From Octopus sinensis (Eukaryota), in NCBI RefSeq assembly GCF_006345805.1, contig NC_043002.1, positions 39,742,001-39,806,000 of the forward strand: a DNA stretch of 64,000 bases. Direction: 5' to 3'. Each line of letters begins with the position of its first letter. Position 1 is the stretch's first letter. A program made the translations under genes and the position numbers. The notes below the pieces were generated by a model. That model saw only the letters and a program-made list of their open reading frames with translations, ran no database searches and was not told the origin of the DNA. This document shows positions 53,801-64,000 of the stretch, in pieces.

Positions 53801-54689
53801 GCACACACACACACACACACACACACAACACACATGCACAAATGCACACAAATACACACACATGCACACACACAAACGCACGCACACACACACACCAAAC
53901 ACACACCAAACACAGGATGTTGACAGAGCAGCATACATAATTTCATCACTATTCTTCGGAAAAAAAGAAACATCAGGCATGATGAATGAGCTGTGTCAAC
54001 TTGTGTGTTTGTTTCACATTTACATGATAGAGTAAAAGGTAGATTATGTGATTTATTTACCTCATACAACCACACAAGGAATGCTGTTTATAACCATAGA
54101 TTGTATTTTATAAACACACTGCAACAAATTTTATTTACTTGCAGGAAAATTAAGATAAACACAATGATAAATTATTAGGTCTGGTCATATGATGCAGAGG
54201 AATGAAAACAGTTGCATAAAGAAGGGCTGATTACTTAAAGTGGAGGGTAGTTGTGGAAGGGGAAAACCCAGGAAAACAGGACTAAATACTGAAGGCCAAT
54301 CTTAAAATGCTGAAATTTATGAAGGAGATGACAGAGGACGGAGACATGTGGCACATTGCTGTGCTCGAGAAGACCTGCCCACCACAACAGAATTGAGATC
54401 CTAAAGCAAGGAGCTACATAAAAATCACTGATGCTGGTGCCACTTAAAAAGCACATGTGATGGTGCTACATAAAAAAGCACCCAGTATACTTTGTGGAGT
54501 GGTTGGCATTAGGAAGGGCAACCAGCCATAGAAACCAGGCCAAAACAGACTATGGAATCTGGTGCAGCGCCTAGCCTTACCAGTTCCTGTCAAGCTGTCC
54601 AACCTATGCCAGCATGGAAAATAGACATGAAATGTTGATGATGATGATGATATGAATTTCTACATACATTTCACGATTGCTGTTATTTA

Positions 54690-55364
54690 TGAGGGGAAGT
54701 CAAAAATTATCCACACTTTCGCCATAATATATTTTTGTTATTTTCACACTGCCTTCTGCATATGTGCACTTATAGTTAGTGTTACTGGGGTCATGTGATT
54801 GAAGTTTGAGCCTGATCGTGCCATTTTTCTTTCTGACTTTACAGTGTAAGCATGGTTGCTCCACTAGCAATGTGCACCAAAGAGGAATAAAGAGCAGTGA
54901 TCTGATTTCTCTGGTCAAAAGGTGTGTCAGATGCTGAAATTCATCAGAGGCTTTTAGCACAATTGGTTAATGGTTTCAATGGTCTGGGCAGCCATGTATG
55001 GGCATGAATTGACATGCAACAACAAAACTTTCTTCAACAATAGTCTTCGGCATATGGTATGAATTGCTGGCTTCAGTTTGTTGGCCAGCAAAGCACTGTA
55101 TCTTGTACTGTTGACATACACCCCTTTTCAAACTCCCGACTAGAGAAATTGGACCACTGCTCTTTGTTCTTCTTTGGTGCACATTGCTAGTGGAGTGGCC
55201 ATGCTTACACTGTAAAACCAGAAAGAAAAACGGTGTGATCAAGCTTAAACTTCAATCATATGACGGCATTAGTACCAACTATAAGCATACATGTGCAGAA
55301 GGCAGTGTGACAATAATAAAGATATGTTATGGCAAAAGTGCAAATAATTTTTGAGTTCCTCTCG
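54690..55364. mobile_element. Mariner-derived palindromic element with two 5' ends
   Basis: TA|TGAGGGGAAGTCAAAAATTAT vs the reverse complement of the right end. Both ~230-bp arms include the transposase start (M.APLAMCTKEE.RAVI.FL). Confidence 0.75.
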
Positions 55365-55500
55365 TAGAACTCAGCATTGGATGTTTGAAGTGCATTTGGA
55401 TACCTAACTTCAATGGATCATCAGGGAAATACTTATAATTAGAGGCAAGGGTTACGATATCGGGTGAATATCACCTTCTCCCATAAAATATTGTTCTTCA

Positions 55501-55916
55501 TGTAGTTCAGGCTCCAGCAGGCGAGGAAAGAAGTCTTTAGGTACAAATGCAATTTACAACTGGTTTATTTACAAGTTTCACAGAATAGGTGAAGTGTGCT
55601 GCTCTCAGCATACCATCTCAAGCTGTGTGCGTTTTGTTGTATCTCCGTTAATGCAGGCCCATTGCCTCTGGAGATACAACATGCAGACAGGACTCGCTTG
55701 GAGACTCAGCCAGTAAAGTGTGCTCAGCAATCGCTTGTGGTGAAAAGAGAATGAATCTGTTTTTGTTGGGCCCTTATATCCAGTTTGCCATTGCGAGCTT
55801 CCTTGTGATCTCATGCATGGCAAATGGATGCAGGTGAGGTCTCACTCCAGTTTTGGAGATGGCAAGGCTGCCACGAGATCTCATCCAATATGGCGCTGAC
55901 TGCTTGTACTGCTACA
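55501..55916 (-). mobile_element. Possible short solo LTR
   Basis: TGTAG...CTACA termini, GC richer than flanks, AATAAA on the minus strand; no TSD found. Confidence 0.4.
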
Positions 55917-57001
55917 TACTTTATTACATTCTGTTACAAAAATTAAATATATTTTATTTACTTATATTTATTTATTTAGTTAGTTAATTAGTTAGTCTTT
56001 GTGAAAGCAGATGGAACTTTAATCTTTCCATGTCTTTTCCAGTAAGCACTGAGAAATCAAACAAGGTCACATAAAAAGCACTGATGATGGTACCCTGTAT
56101 ATTCTGTAGAGTGATTGGTGTTAGGAAGAGCATCCAGCCATAGAAACCAAAATTTTACATTCTCAGAGCCTCTACAATATGAAGCAGGAAACCCTTTTTA
56201 GAGCTAGGGGTAAACTGGAAGTGAATAAGGATCAGTGGGGAAGCATCAGTGTAGCACCCTGGGCAAGCATCTTTTGCTATAGCCTCAGGCTGACCAAAGC
56301 TTTATACATGAATTGGGCAGACAGAAACTGAAAGGAGTTCCATCATGTGTATGTGTGTGTGTGTGTGTGCATGCGCATGTGTATATGCATATGTGTGCGT
56401 GCATGCACATATGCATATGTGTGTGCACGCACATGCACGTATGCATATGTGTGTGTGCATGCATGTATGTGTATGTGTTTGTGTTTGTACCCACCACTTT
56501 GTCAACTGGTATTGGTTTGTTTATGTCCCCCATAACTTAGTTGTTCAGCAAAATGAGACCATTAGAATAAGTACCAAACTTACAAACATAAGTATTGGGG
56601 GTCAATATGTTTGATTAAACCCTTCAAAGTAGTGCTCCAGCATGGCCACAGCCCAATGATTGAAACAAGTTAGTGATAAAAGATAAAAGCAAGGATAAAA
56701 GATGTACACAAACATGCACACACACACATGCATGTGCATGTCCATATGAGCACACGAACACACAATAGCAAATGTACACACACACAATCACACACATGAA
56801 CACACACACAAACACACACACAAACATACAAACACATGCACATGCATGCACACACATGCACACACACATGCATACATGCAAACACACACACATGCATGCA
56901 TGCAAACACACACAAACACAAATGCACGTGCATGCACATATGAACACACAAACACACAGTCGCAAATTTACACACATACAAAGACACACATGAACATACA
57001 T

Positions 57002-57056
<55 letters not shown>

Positions 57057-58074
57057 TGTGAGAGGACATCGACCACTTCATTATTATTCATTGATTTTGC
57101 TCTGTTTAGAATATGGAAAACATTCATAATTCTGAATTCAGTCACAGATCAATTCGGTTGATAAGTATGTCACAAAGTTGTGGAGGATTCACTTAATGAT
57201 TTATATTAACAGGCTACTACCGTTCTAGATTGTTCATCTTTGACTTAAAAGTTGTGATAAGCTTTTCTATCAGATCAGAAATCATTTAGGTTGGAAATAT
57301 TATAACTTAGATTCTGAGTTGCTAGATTTAGTTTTGTTTCTATATTTTTTGTTTTTTCATAGTTTTCGTTTTTTTTTGTTTGTTTTTGTCATTCCTTTTG
57401 TAGGTCAATAACCTTTTCACTTTCCATTTTTTTTTTGTTTTTTAATTTCATATTGAGATTGGAAGATATTCATAATATTTGCATTTTCTTTTGTTTGTTC
57501 CTGATTTTGGTTTTTGTGTACATTTTAGACATCTCAATGACATTCGTGTGTTGTGAGGTTCTTTCAAAACTTTAAAAATTAAAAAAAGAACAAAAACATT
57601 CACTTAAAAACAAAAAATTCTATAATGTACAAAGCGCATTCAAAAAGTACCAAAAAGTATTTCTTCCCTCCAAAACTAATGCCACATGGGCAAAATCCTT
57701 TAGGTGGGAGGTGATGCCACCCTTCCTGCACATGCATAAAACTTTTCCCACAAGTAGGCCACATCAGTTCCTGGTTGTTATACCTAGAGTACAGACATTT
57801 AGTGTGTAAATAAAATAAAATAAATGCACCCTTTTAAAACCTAGCCAGGCTCATGGGCCTGGTTTCCCGGTTTCAATAGCGTATATGTTCCCCAGCTGGA
57901 TGGGACGCTGTTCCATCGCAGCGTTACTCATTTTTGCCAGCTGAGTGGACTGCAGCAACGTGAAATGAAGTGTTTTGCTCAAGAGCACAATGCGTCGCCT
58001 GGACCAGGAATCGAAACCGCAATCTTAAGATCATGATGCTGACACTCTAACCACTAGGTCACGTGTCTCCACCA

Positions 58075-58285
58075 TTTAGTGTGTACTCATCAGATTTTCC
58101 TTTTCATGCAAGATGACTGAATGCATCAAGCAGAGATCATAAACCCATGTCCTATCACTACTGATGATGGTCTTCATGAAGACTGGGTTGTGGTCTGCAC
58201 AGTCAAGCTTGTCCTGATCGATTTCTATGCTGAGTTGCTTCTGCTGTTCCACCAACACCTTGGAGATAAATTTTGCTAACACTTT
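58075..58285 (-). mobile_element. Mariner (DD34D-type) transposase fragment
   Basis: KFISKVLVEQQKQL..FMKTIISSDRTWVY ~ KFVPKLL..QKQ.R..FLNTVITGDETWVY. Confidence 0.7.
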
Positions 58286-58594
58286 CCACACACACCGCAC
58301 AAACACATACAAACATGCACAGACATGCACATACACACACACACACACTCTCACATTTACATGTCTACATACACACTCACTCTCACACTTTTTCATGCAC
58401 ACACACTAATAAATGTGCTAAAACCCACAGTGAATATCAATATGCATAAACTTAAGCCCTACTATAGATTTATGAGCCCCCAATCCTGAGAGGCTCATAA
58501 AAAGTAATTAGCATTGTACCTGTTCTTCCTCCCCATCGTTCCCTTCAAACAAAAGAATGAAACTCAGATACATATACCAACAGACAGACACATA

Positions 58595-59500
58595 TATTGA
58601 GATCTGGGGAATTAGGAGGCCAAATGTTAGGGGTTATGTGATTATGAAAGTTTTCAGCCGTCCATTCTTGTGTTACTAGAGCCATGTGTGATAGTGCAGA
58701 GTCTTACTGAAACACATATGGTCTTCCATTGCATACACTGCCTATCCAGGGCTTAACAATTATTTTCAGGACCTCAATGTATGTGGCAGAGTTAACTCTA
58801 AGGCCTTGTGGAAAGAAGTAAGGAGGCATCACTTGTCCTTCATTGCTGACAACCTCTAAAACCATGACAATTGCAGGAAATTTTGTATGCATAACCCTTG
58901 GAACTTCAGAAGGGTCTGCACATAACCATCTGTCATTTCTTCAGTTAACTTTTTGATCTTGGTCAAAGTTTTTCTCGTTTGAGAAAAATTAAATCAAGTC
59001 TTCTGCTGGATTTTTAAGTTTGCTTAAGAACCTTTTAGATCTGATGTAGTGATTTTCTTTTGCTTTTTCTGACAAATTGATCTTTCCTCATCATACAAGA
59101 CTTATATCTGATGTCTTCGTGGACAACATTTCTGACTGTTCCTTCTGAGACATGGAGATCTTTTGCAATTGACCTCATGGACTTTCTGGGATTGTAACCA
59201 ATGGTCTGTTGAACTTGCTGGATAAATTCAAGTGTTCTGATGATTTCAGAGTGTTTAGAATACTTTTTTGCAATGATACTGGTGATACATTTACCTCTTC
59301 AGTCCTTACAAACTCTGTAGACAAATGATCTAGCAACTTTTAAAAATCGAGATATTTCTAAATCACTACGCTCAGCCTTTATAACCAGAATAACAGCATG
59401 CCTCTTCATTTCTTGAGTAAGCTGAGGAGTCTGCCATTATTATTTTCTGAAACAAATATTATACAGAGTTAGGAAAAAATGCAGCAATGACCCAAAAACG
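58595..59500 (-). mobile_element. Second, truncated maT-like Tc1/mariner copy
   Basis: KFPAIVMVLEVVSNEGQVMPPYFFPQGLRVN..VKPWI..RPYVFQ; colinear with 39450-40360. Confidence 0.85.
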
Positions 59501-59639
59501 AAAATAACACTAACATCCCATTTTAACAGATATATTTACTAAAATTACATAAAAATATCTTAAAATACTAAAAAGTAAGTGTATTCAATAAAAGTGTCAT
59601 TGTCTTCAACTGTGACTTCCAGATGTCTTCAGAATCTGC

Positions 59640-60080
59640 TGCAATAATGTCCTAACTTGTGCACTAGGAAAGACATCTAGGTTATTTTTACAAACTACTC
59701 TGTTTTGTCAAAGAAACAATTGCCCTATTTAGCAGCTTTGCAAAAGACATCTTCTAGGTCGTTTTGTAAACTATTGTGGTTTATTGAAATAATGTCTTAA
59801 CTTGTGCACTGAGAAAGATATCTTCAAGGTTAATTTATAAATGACTTTGGCATGTTGAAATAGAAACCATTATTTAGTGCCATAGCAAAAGACATTTTGT
59901 AAGTTATTTAATAAACTTGCGTGGTTTCTTTAATTAGCAGCCTAATTTATGGCACTGAGAACAACATCATTTAGGCTATTTGATAAACTATTCTGGTTTC
60001 TTGAAGTAAGCTTCAAATGTAGTGTTTAAAAAGACATTTTCCAGGTTATTCTGAATTCTTTTTATTTAGGTTATTTTTCA
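59640..60080. repeat. Degenerate ~72-bp minisatellite, six units, alternating A/B (~144-bp dimer)
   Basis: AAAGACAT(C/T)TT..AGGTT anchor recurs about every 72 bp; alternate units share TAA(C/T)TT(G/A)TG(C/G)CACT. Confidence 0.7.
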
Positions 60081-61189
60081 AAGTTTCAATGTTAGAGTTG
60101 GTATCGGGCAAGTGTATATGTTTATCTAGTCATTATTTTATTGCGCAGTAAACATTAGATCTTATAAAATGTACAAAATTGGAGTTACATTTCTGTTAGC
60201 AGATGAAGGACTGAGAGAGAGAGAGAGGGAGAGATGGAGAGTGGGTTGCGACAACTTCAAGGAGAAGTGTTAATGGTTGTGTGAAAATACTTTATCTTTC
60301 TAACTTTTTTATCTTTTTTACTTTTTATCTTATTTACTTTTTCTCTTTTACTTGTTTTATCTTTTTTACTTTTTTATCTATTACTTGTTTTGGCCATTAG
60401 ACTGTGGCCATGCTGGGACACAGCCTTAAAGGGTTTAGTCCAATCATGAACAAAATGTGGCCAAAAGACCTTTTTGAATGGCACACTTAATACAAAAAAT
60501 TCCTTTGAATTTCTTTCAGAAGTGCAGCCCACTTGATGATGAGCCATGCCTCATGCAACTCATACCCCAGAATAAGGTTGCCCATGTTTGGTGCGGTCAA
60601 ACAAATCAATCCATTTATTATCTTTTTTAAGTCTGTCTCTTATTCTATTGGTTTCTTTTGCTGAAACACTTTAAAATATAAAAACAGGAAAATATCACTT
60701 TCCAATATGATGATGATGATGATGATGATGACTGATGATGGTGGTGGTGGTGGTGGTGATGGTAGTGGTGGTTGATGTTGTTGTTTAGCCCCCAGGTCAG
60801 CGTTTATCAAGCAGACCTATCATTAAATCTGATCTAGGAGTGTCCAGCTTAGCATTTTTTTTTATTCCCAGATATGTTATCTAACTTGAGCTACATTATC
60901 CAATGTATTCTTCTCTTTATTAAGACAGTAGGGTGTGATATGAGAAAGATCTGGCTGCTATTTCTAGTAGGCCAAGCAACCATACAACAGTGTCCCTGTT
61001 TACTTGTTGACAATGATAACGGTAACAGTAATGATGATGGTAGCTATGACAATGAAGATATCACAGCTTTCATTGTGTCAGTTGTTATATGGTCCAGATG
61101 TCCATCAGATACTCTAGGTTACCACTTTCCAAATATGTGATGTTGTCTCAGATAGCAGACCAAGGGCATTCATGACATAGCCATCCTGT

Positions 61190-61275
61190 CAGGGACTGAT
61201 ATACATTAATCATTCTATAAGGGACCTATATACATTAATCAATCCATAAGGGACTGATATATATTAACCAATTAT
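61190..61275. repeat. ~29-bp tandem repeat x3
   Basis: AGGGAC(T/C)(G/T)ATATA(C/T)ATTAA(T/C)CA repeated three times. Confidence 0.7.
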
Positions 61276-61289
61276 CTAAATTTGTAGGG

Positions 61290-61322
<33 letters not shown>

Positions 61323-61786
61323 CTACATTTATACTTGTCAGAGTAGAGTGAAACAATGCAAAACAATGTGTTTTGCTTAAGCATACAATACTTCACTCAG
61401 TCTGGGAATCAAAACCACAATCTTATGATCATAGGCATCAGCATGGCTGTATGGTATGAAGCTCGTTTCTCAACCACACAGTCCTGGGTTCAGTTCCACT
61501 GTGTGGCACCTTGGGCAAGTGTCCTTTACTATATAGCCTCAGGCTAACCAAAGCCTTGTGAGTGAATTTGGTAGACAGAAACTGAAAGAAGCCCATTGTA
61601 AATATATTAAAAGAATTAAAGGTAATGATATGCAACTTCATTATAATTGACAAATTAAATTTAAATGTTGAAGTAAATCCAACAGTTTTTGTGTTTTTAA
61701 ATGGCTTATAAACACCTTCCATACTGCAATTGTTTCTCTTTCAGCACACAATCTCAAGTCACTTGCTATGCAAGTACATCTCCATA

Positions 61787-61835
<49 letters not shown>

Positions 61836-61859
61836 GGAGAAATTATACAAAATGTATAA

Positions 61860-62260
61860 AAAGATGATGAGTAAAGCACCAGCATGGTTTCGATTACCTG
61901 TTGTTATCCTTAGATTTATTGCAGGAATTTCGTAGTGGTGGTTGGGGGTAACAGTATTAATAAAATAGATGGAGTGAGTAAAATATTTTATTGGGTACGA
62001 CACATGTTTCGACCCGTTCTTGGTCTCTTCAGGTACATCAATAAAAAAAAGTCTTACTAGAGATTTTCTGATTTGGTTTTACGTACCGCTATAGTCCATC
62101 CACTTTGGGAATGTGAAAAAAACAGACAAAAATTGAAACGCAAATAATTCAAATATGAACGTGAAAATTATACATTCTAGTTTAGAGAAAATGACGTAAT
62201 GAGCCTTTGCTGTTGTAACTGTTAAGAGAAAGAAAAGGATGTAGAAGTTGAAAGGAAGAT
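61860..62260 (-). mobile_element. Probable Penelope-like pseudo-LTR remnant hosting the hammerhead
   Basis: Hammerhead plus AATAAA, bracketed by (TA)n and (GT)n tracts; no ORF homology seen. Confidence 0.45.
61995..62036 (-). ncRNA. Minimal type-I hammerhead ribozyme (Penelope/retrozyme-type)
   Basis: Minus strand GTAC-CTGAAGA-GACC-AAGAACG-GGTC-GAAA-C-ATGT-GTC^GTAC. Intact CUGANGA and GAAA core, 4-bp stems I and II, palindromic ACATGT stem III, GUC cleavage triplet; AATAAA follows 2 nt after stem I. Confidence 0.8.
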
Positions 62261-63758
62261 AATACTTTGACAAAATATTTGTGTGTGTGTGTGTGTGTTT
62301 GTGCTTAGATGCACATATACATATGCGCTCACACACGTACATCCAAGTATATGGGCATATACATACAACTAGATACACATGCCTACGCACATGTATGGAC
62401 GAATACATACATATATATGTATAGGAACTCATATATGCAGGTACACACATGTATATATACATAGCAAAGATAAATATGTGCATATATTCGTACATAAAGC
62501 AAGGAACAGACATCTGTGCAAAGTTTGACACACACACATGTGTGTTAATACATACATATTTATGTGTGTGTATTTTTGTGTCTGTGTTTGTCCCTCCACT
62601 ATCACTTGACAACTGATGTTGGTGTTTATGCCTCTGTAAACTAGTGGTTCAACAAAAAGAGACCGATAGAATAAGTACTAGGCCCACAAAAAAAATAAGT
62701 CCTGGAGTCAATTTGTTCAACTAAAAAAACCCTTCAAGGCAGTGCTGCAGTATGGCCATAATCAAATGACTGAAACAAGTAAAAGAATAAAAGAATCATG
62801 TTTCCACAGCATGATTGAGACAAGCAGTAGAGCTTGGAAGTTCTAATTCCTCCTGGTTCTTTTGAAGCACTCTTTTTTCTTTTCTCCTAGATTAACTTTG
62901 TCCACAGGAGGTTTTAAGACTCAGCCATAAATGCCAAGGGAACATATAGAAATTTCACAGTATTGCCTCAGTTGCTTACATAAATAAACTCTGTAACCAA
63001 CAACAGAAATGCTGAGTAGACTAGTCACTCATTCTGCTAAAAATAACACTCAAATCTCCCTTAATTCAAACCCTTAGCTCTGTCATGATCCCTAGGCCTC
63101 ATAAGGCAGAAGCTTAACCCTTTAGCATTCAGATTATTCTGCTAAACGTGATACTTTTTCATTCAAATTATCTTTAATTAACCATTCATTATTTTGTAGC
63201 TTTAAAATTTTGATGATGTGTTTGTATATTTTATGATGGCATTGAAGGGTAGGTGTAATGGGCTGGATCTGGCTGGTTAGAATATAAAACAGATAGCATA
63301 TTTGAGATGGATATGGCTGGTTTAAATACTAAGGTGTTAAGCCAGTTACCATGGTCTATAAGCTACTGAGATTACAACACTCTTCACTGGGATAGGATGC
63401 TAGTCTATCTCAAATTTAACTTCTCAGCTATTACTGGGACTCACTTGCAGCTGAGTGAACTGGAGCAACATGAAATAAAGTGATTTGCCCCAAAACACAA
63501 CCCACTGCTAAGTTCAGAAATTAAAACCATGATCTTGTGATTGTCATTGCAACACCCTAACCATTGGCCACACAACTTCTGAGCCATACCCTAGAGTTTT
63601 GAAAAAAACAGGAACGAGACATTGAATTAAGGTCATGGCTGGAACATTTTTGATTATAGGTCTGCTAGATCAGGGCTAACTTGGGGATGCAAAAATGACA
63701 GCCCTTTTAGAATCTCCAGACCAATGCACCGATGAAACCCCTGCCTCTCAATTGCTTT

Positions 63759-63805
<47 letters not shown>

Positions 63806-64000
63806 CTCTCTCTCTCATACACACACACACATATAGACACACACACACATGCACACGCACTCACACACACTCACACACACACACACTCTCACACACCCAC
63901 ACATAAACACACGCACACACACACACACACACACTGTATACTCACACATACTTATACAGGAGCCAACAAAAGAAATTCTATGTGGTAGTCTGACCAGCTA

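Larger units (their letters stand above)
23215..57275 (-). pseudogene. CCDC112: Decayed CCDC112-like coiled-coil gene (dispersed exon remnants)
   Basis: Minus-strand purine-rich remnants in the order expected from human CCDC112 as remembered. 57221-57270 IEKLITTFKSKMNNLER* ~ RTAEKFKNQVINMEKD and 57130-57145 TEFRI ~ SDFRI; 52300-52380 L*HVMVKP ~ LQHQLKDVKP; 52095-52200 EQLLEELIEEE ending at GAG|GTATGA ~ RLIYEELIKEE; ~48900-48975 LTHEI*ITEK; 46710-46794 GRQGG ~ GRQGA; 24420-24800 KR*KREELMQKAITWREKR and EFNALKENIAITEAEKKE; 23331-23370 TSSGSVLHV ~ TGSGPLLHI. Many stops are TAA/TAG/TGA consistent with C>T decay of CAA/CAG/CGA. Coiled-coil low complexity weakens the call. Confidence 0.45.

Noticed and set aside
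57110-57164. Plus-strand exon candidate (TAG acceptor, GTATGT donor)
   Set aside because: Isolated, and it overlaps the antisense CCDC112-like remnant, which explains the composition.

Overview
AT-rich, repeat-dense animal genomic DNA. The SINE, MITE and RTE repertoire looks like coleoid cephalopod (Octopus); this is recognised from memory, not from a search. I cannot support any intact protein-coding gene, and most entries in the ORF track are artefacts of (TA)n, (CA)n and (CATA)n tracts or SINEs. Mobile DNA includes many tRNA-derived SINEs and fragments of RTE, CR1/L2, HERO-type (RLE) and Penelope-like retroelements. It also includes a solo LTR with a 4-bp TSD, two decayed Tc1/mariner (maT-like) transposons, and hAT, piggyBac-type and mariner MITEs. 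Between the repeats I find colinear, stop- and frameshift-ridden exon remnants of two separate geranylgeranyl-transferase-I beta (PGGT1B)-like copies on + (about 6.5-18.6 kb and 30.3-33.6 kb). A CCDC112-like gene remnant lies on - (about 23.2-57.3 kb); these two genes are neighbours in human. These alignments were made by eye and need tBLASTn or HMM confirmation. Other highlights: a canonical minimal hammerhead ribozyme at 61995-62036 (-); a ~99.5% identical 0.93-kb inverted duplication (9.3-11.7 kb); a complex templated inverted insertion (28.9-30.7 kb); and a hierarchical tandem array grown from an RTE 3' UTR (43.4-45.1 kb).
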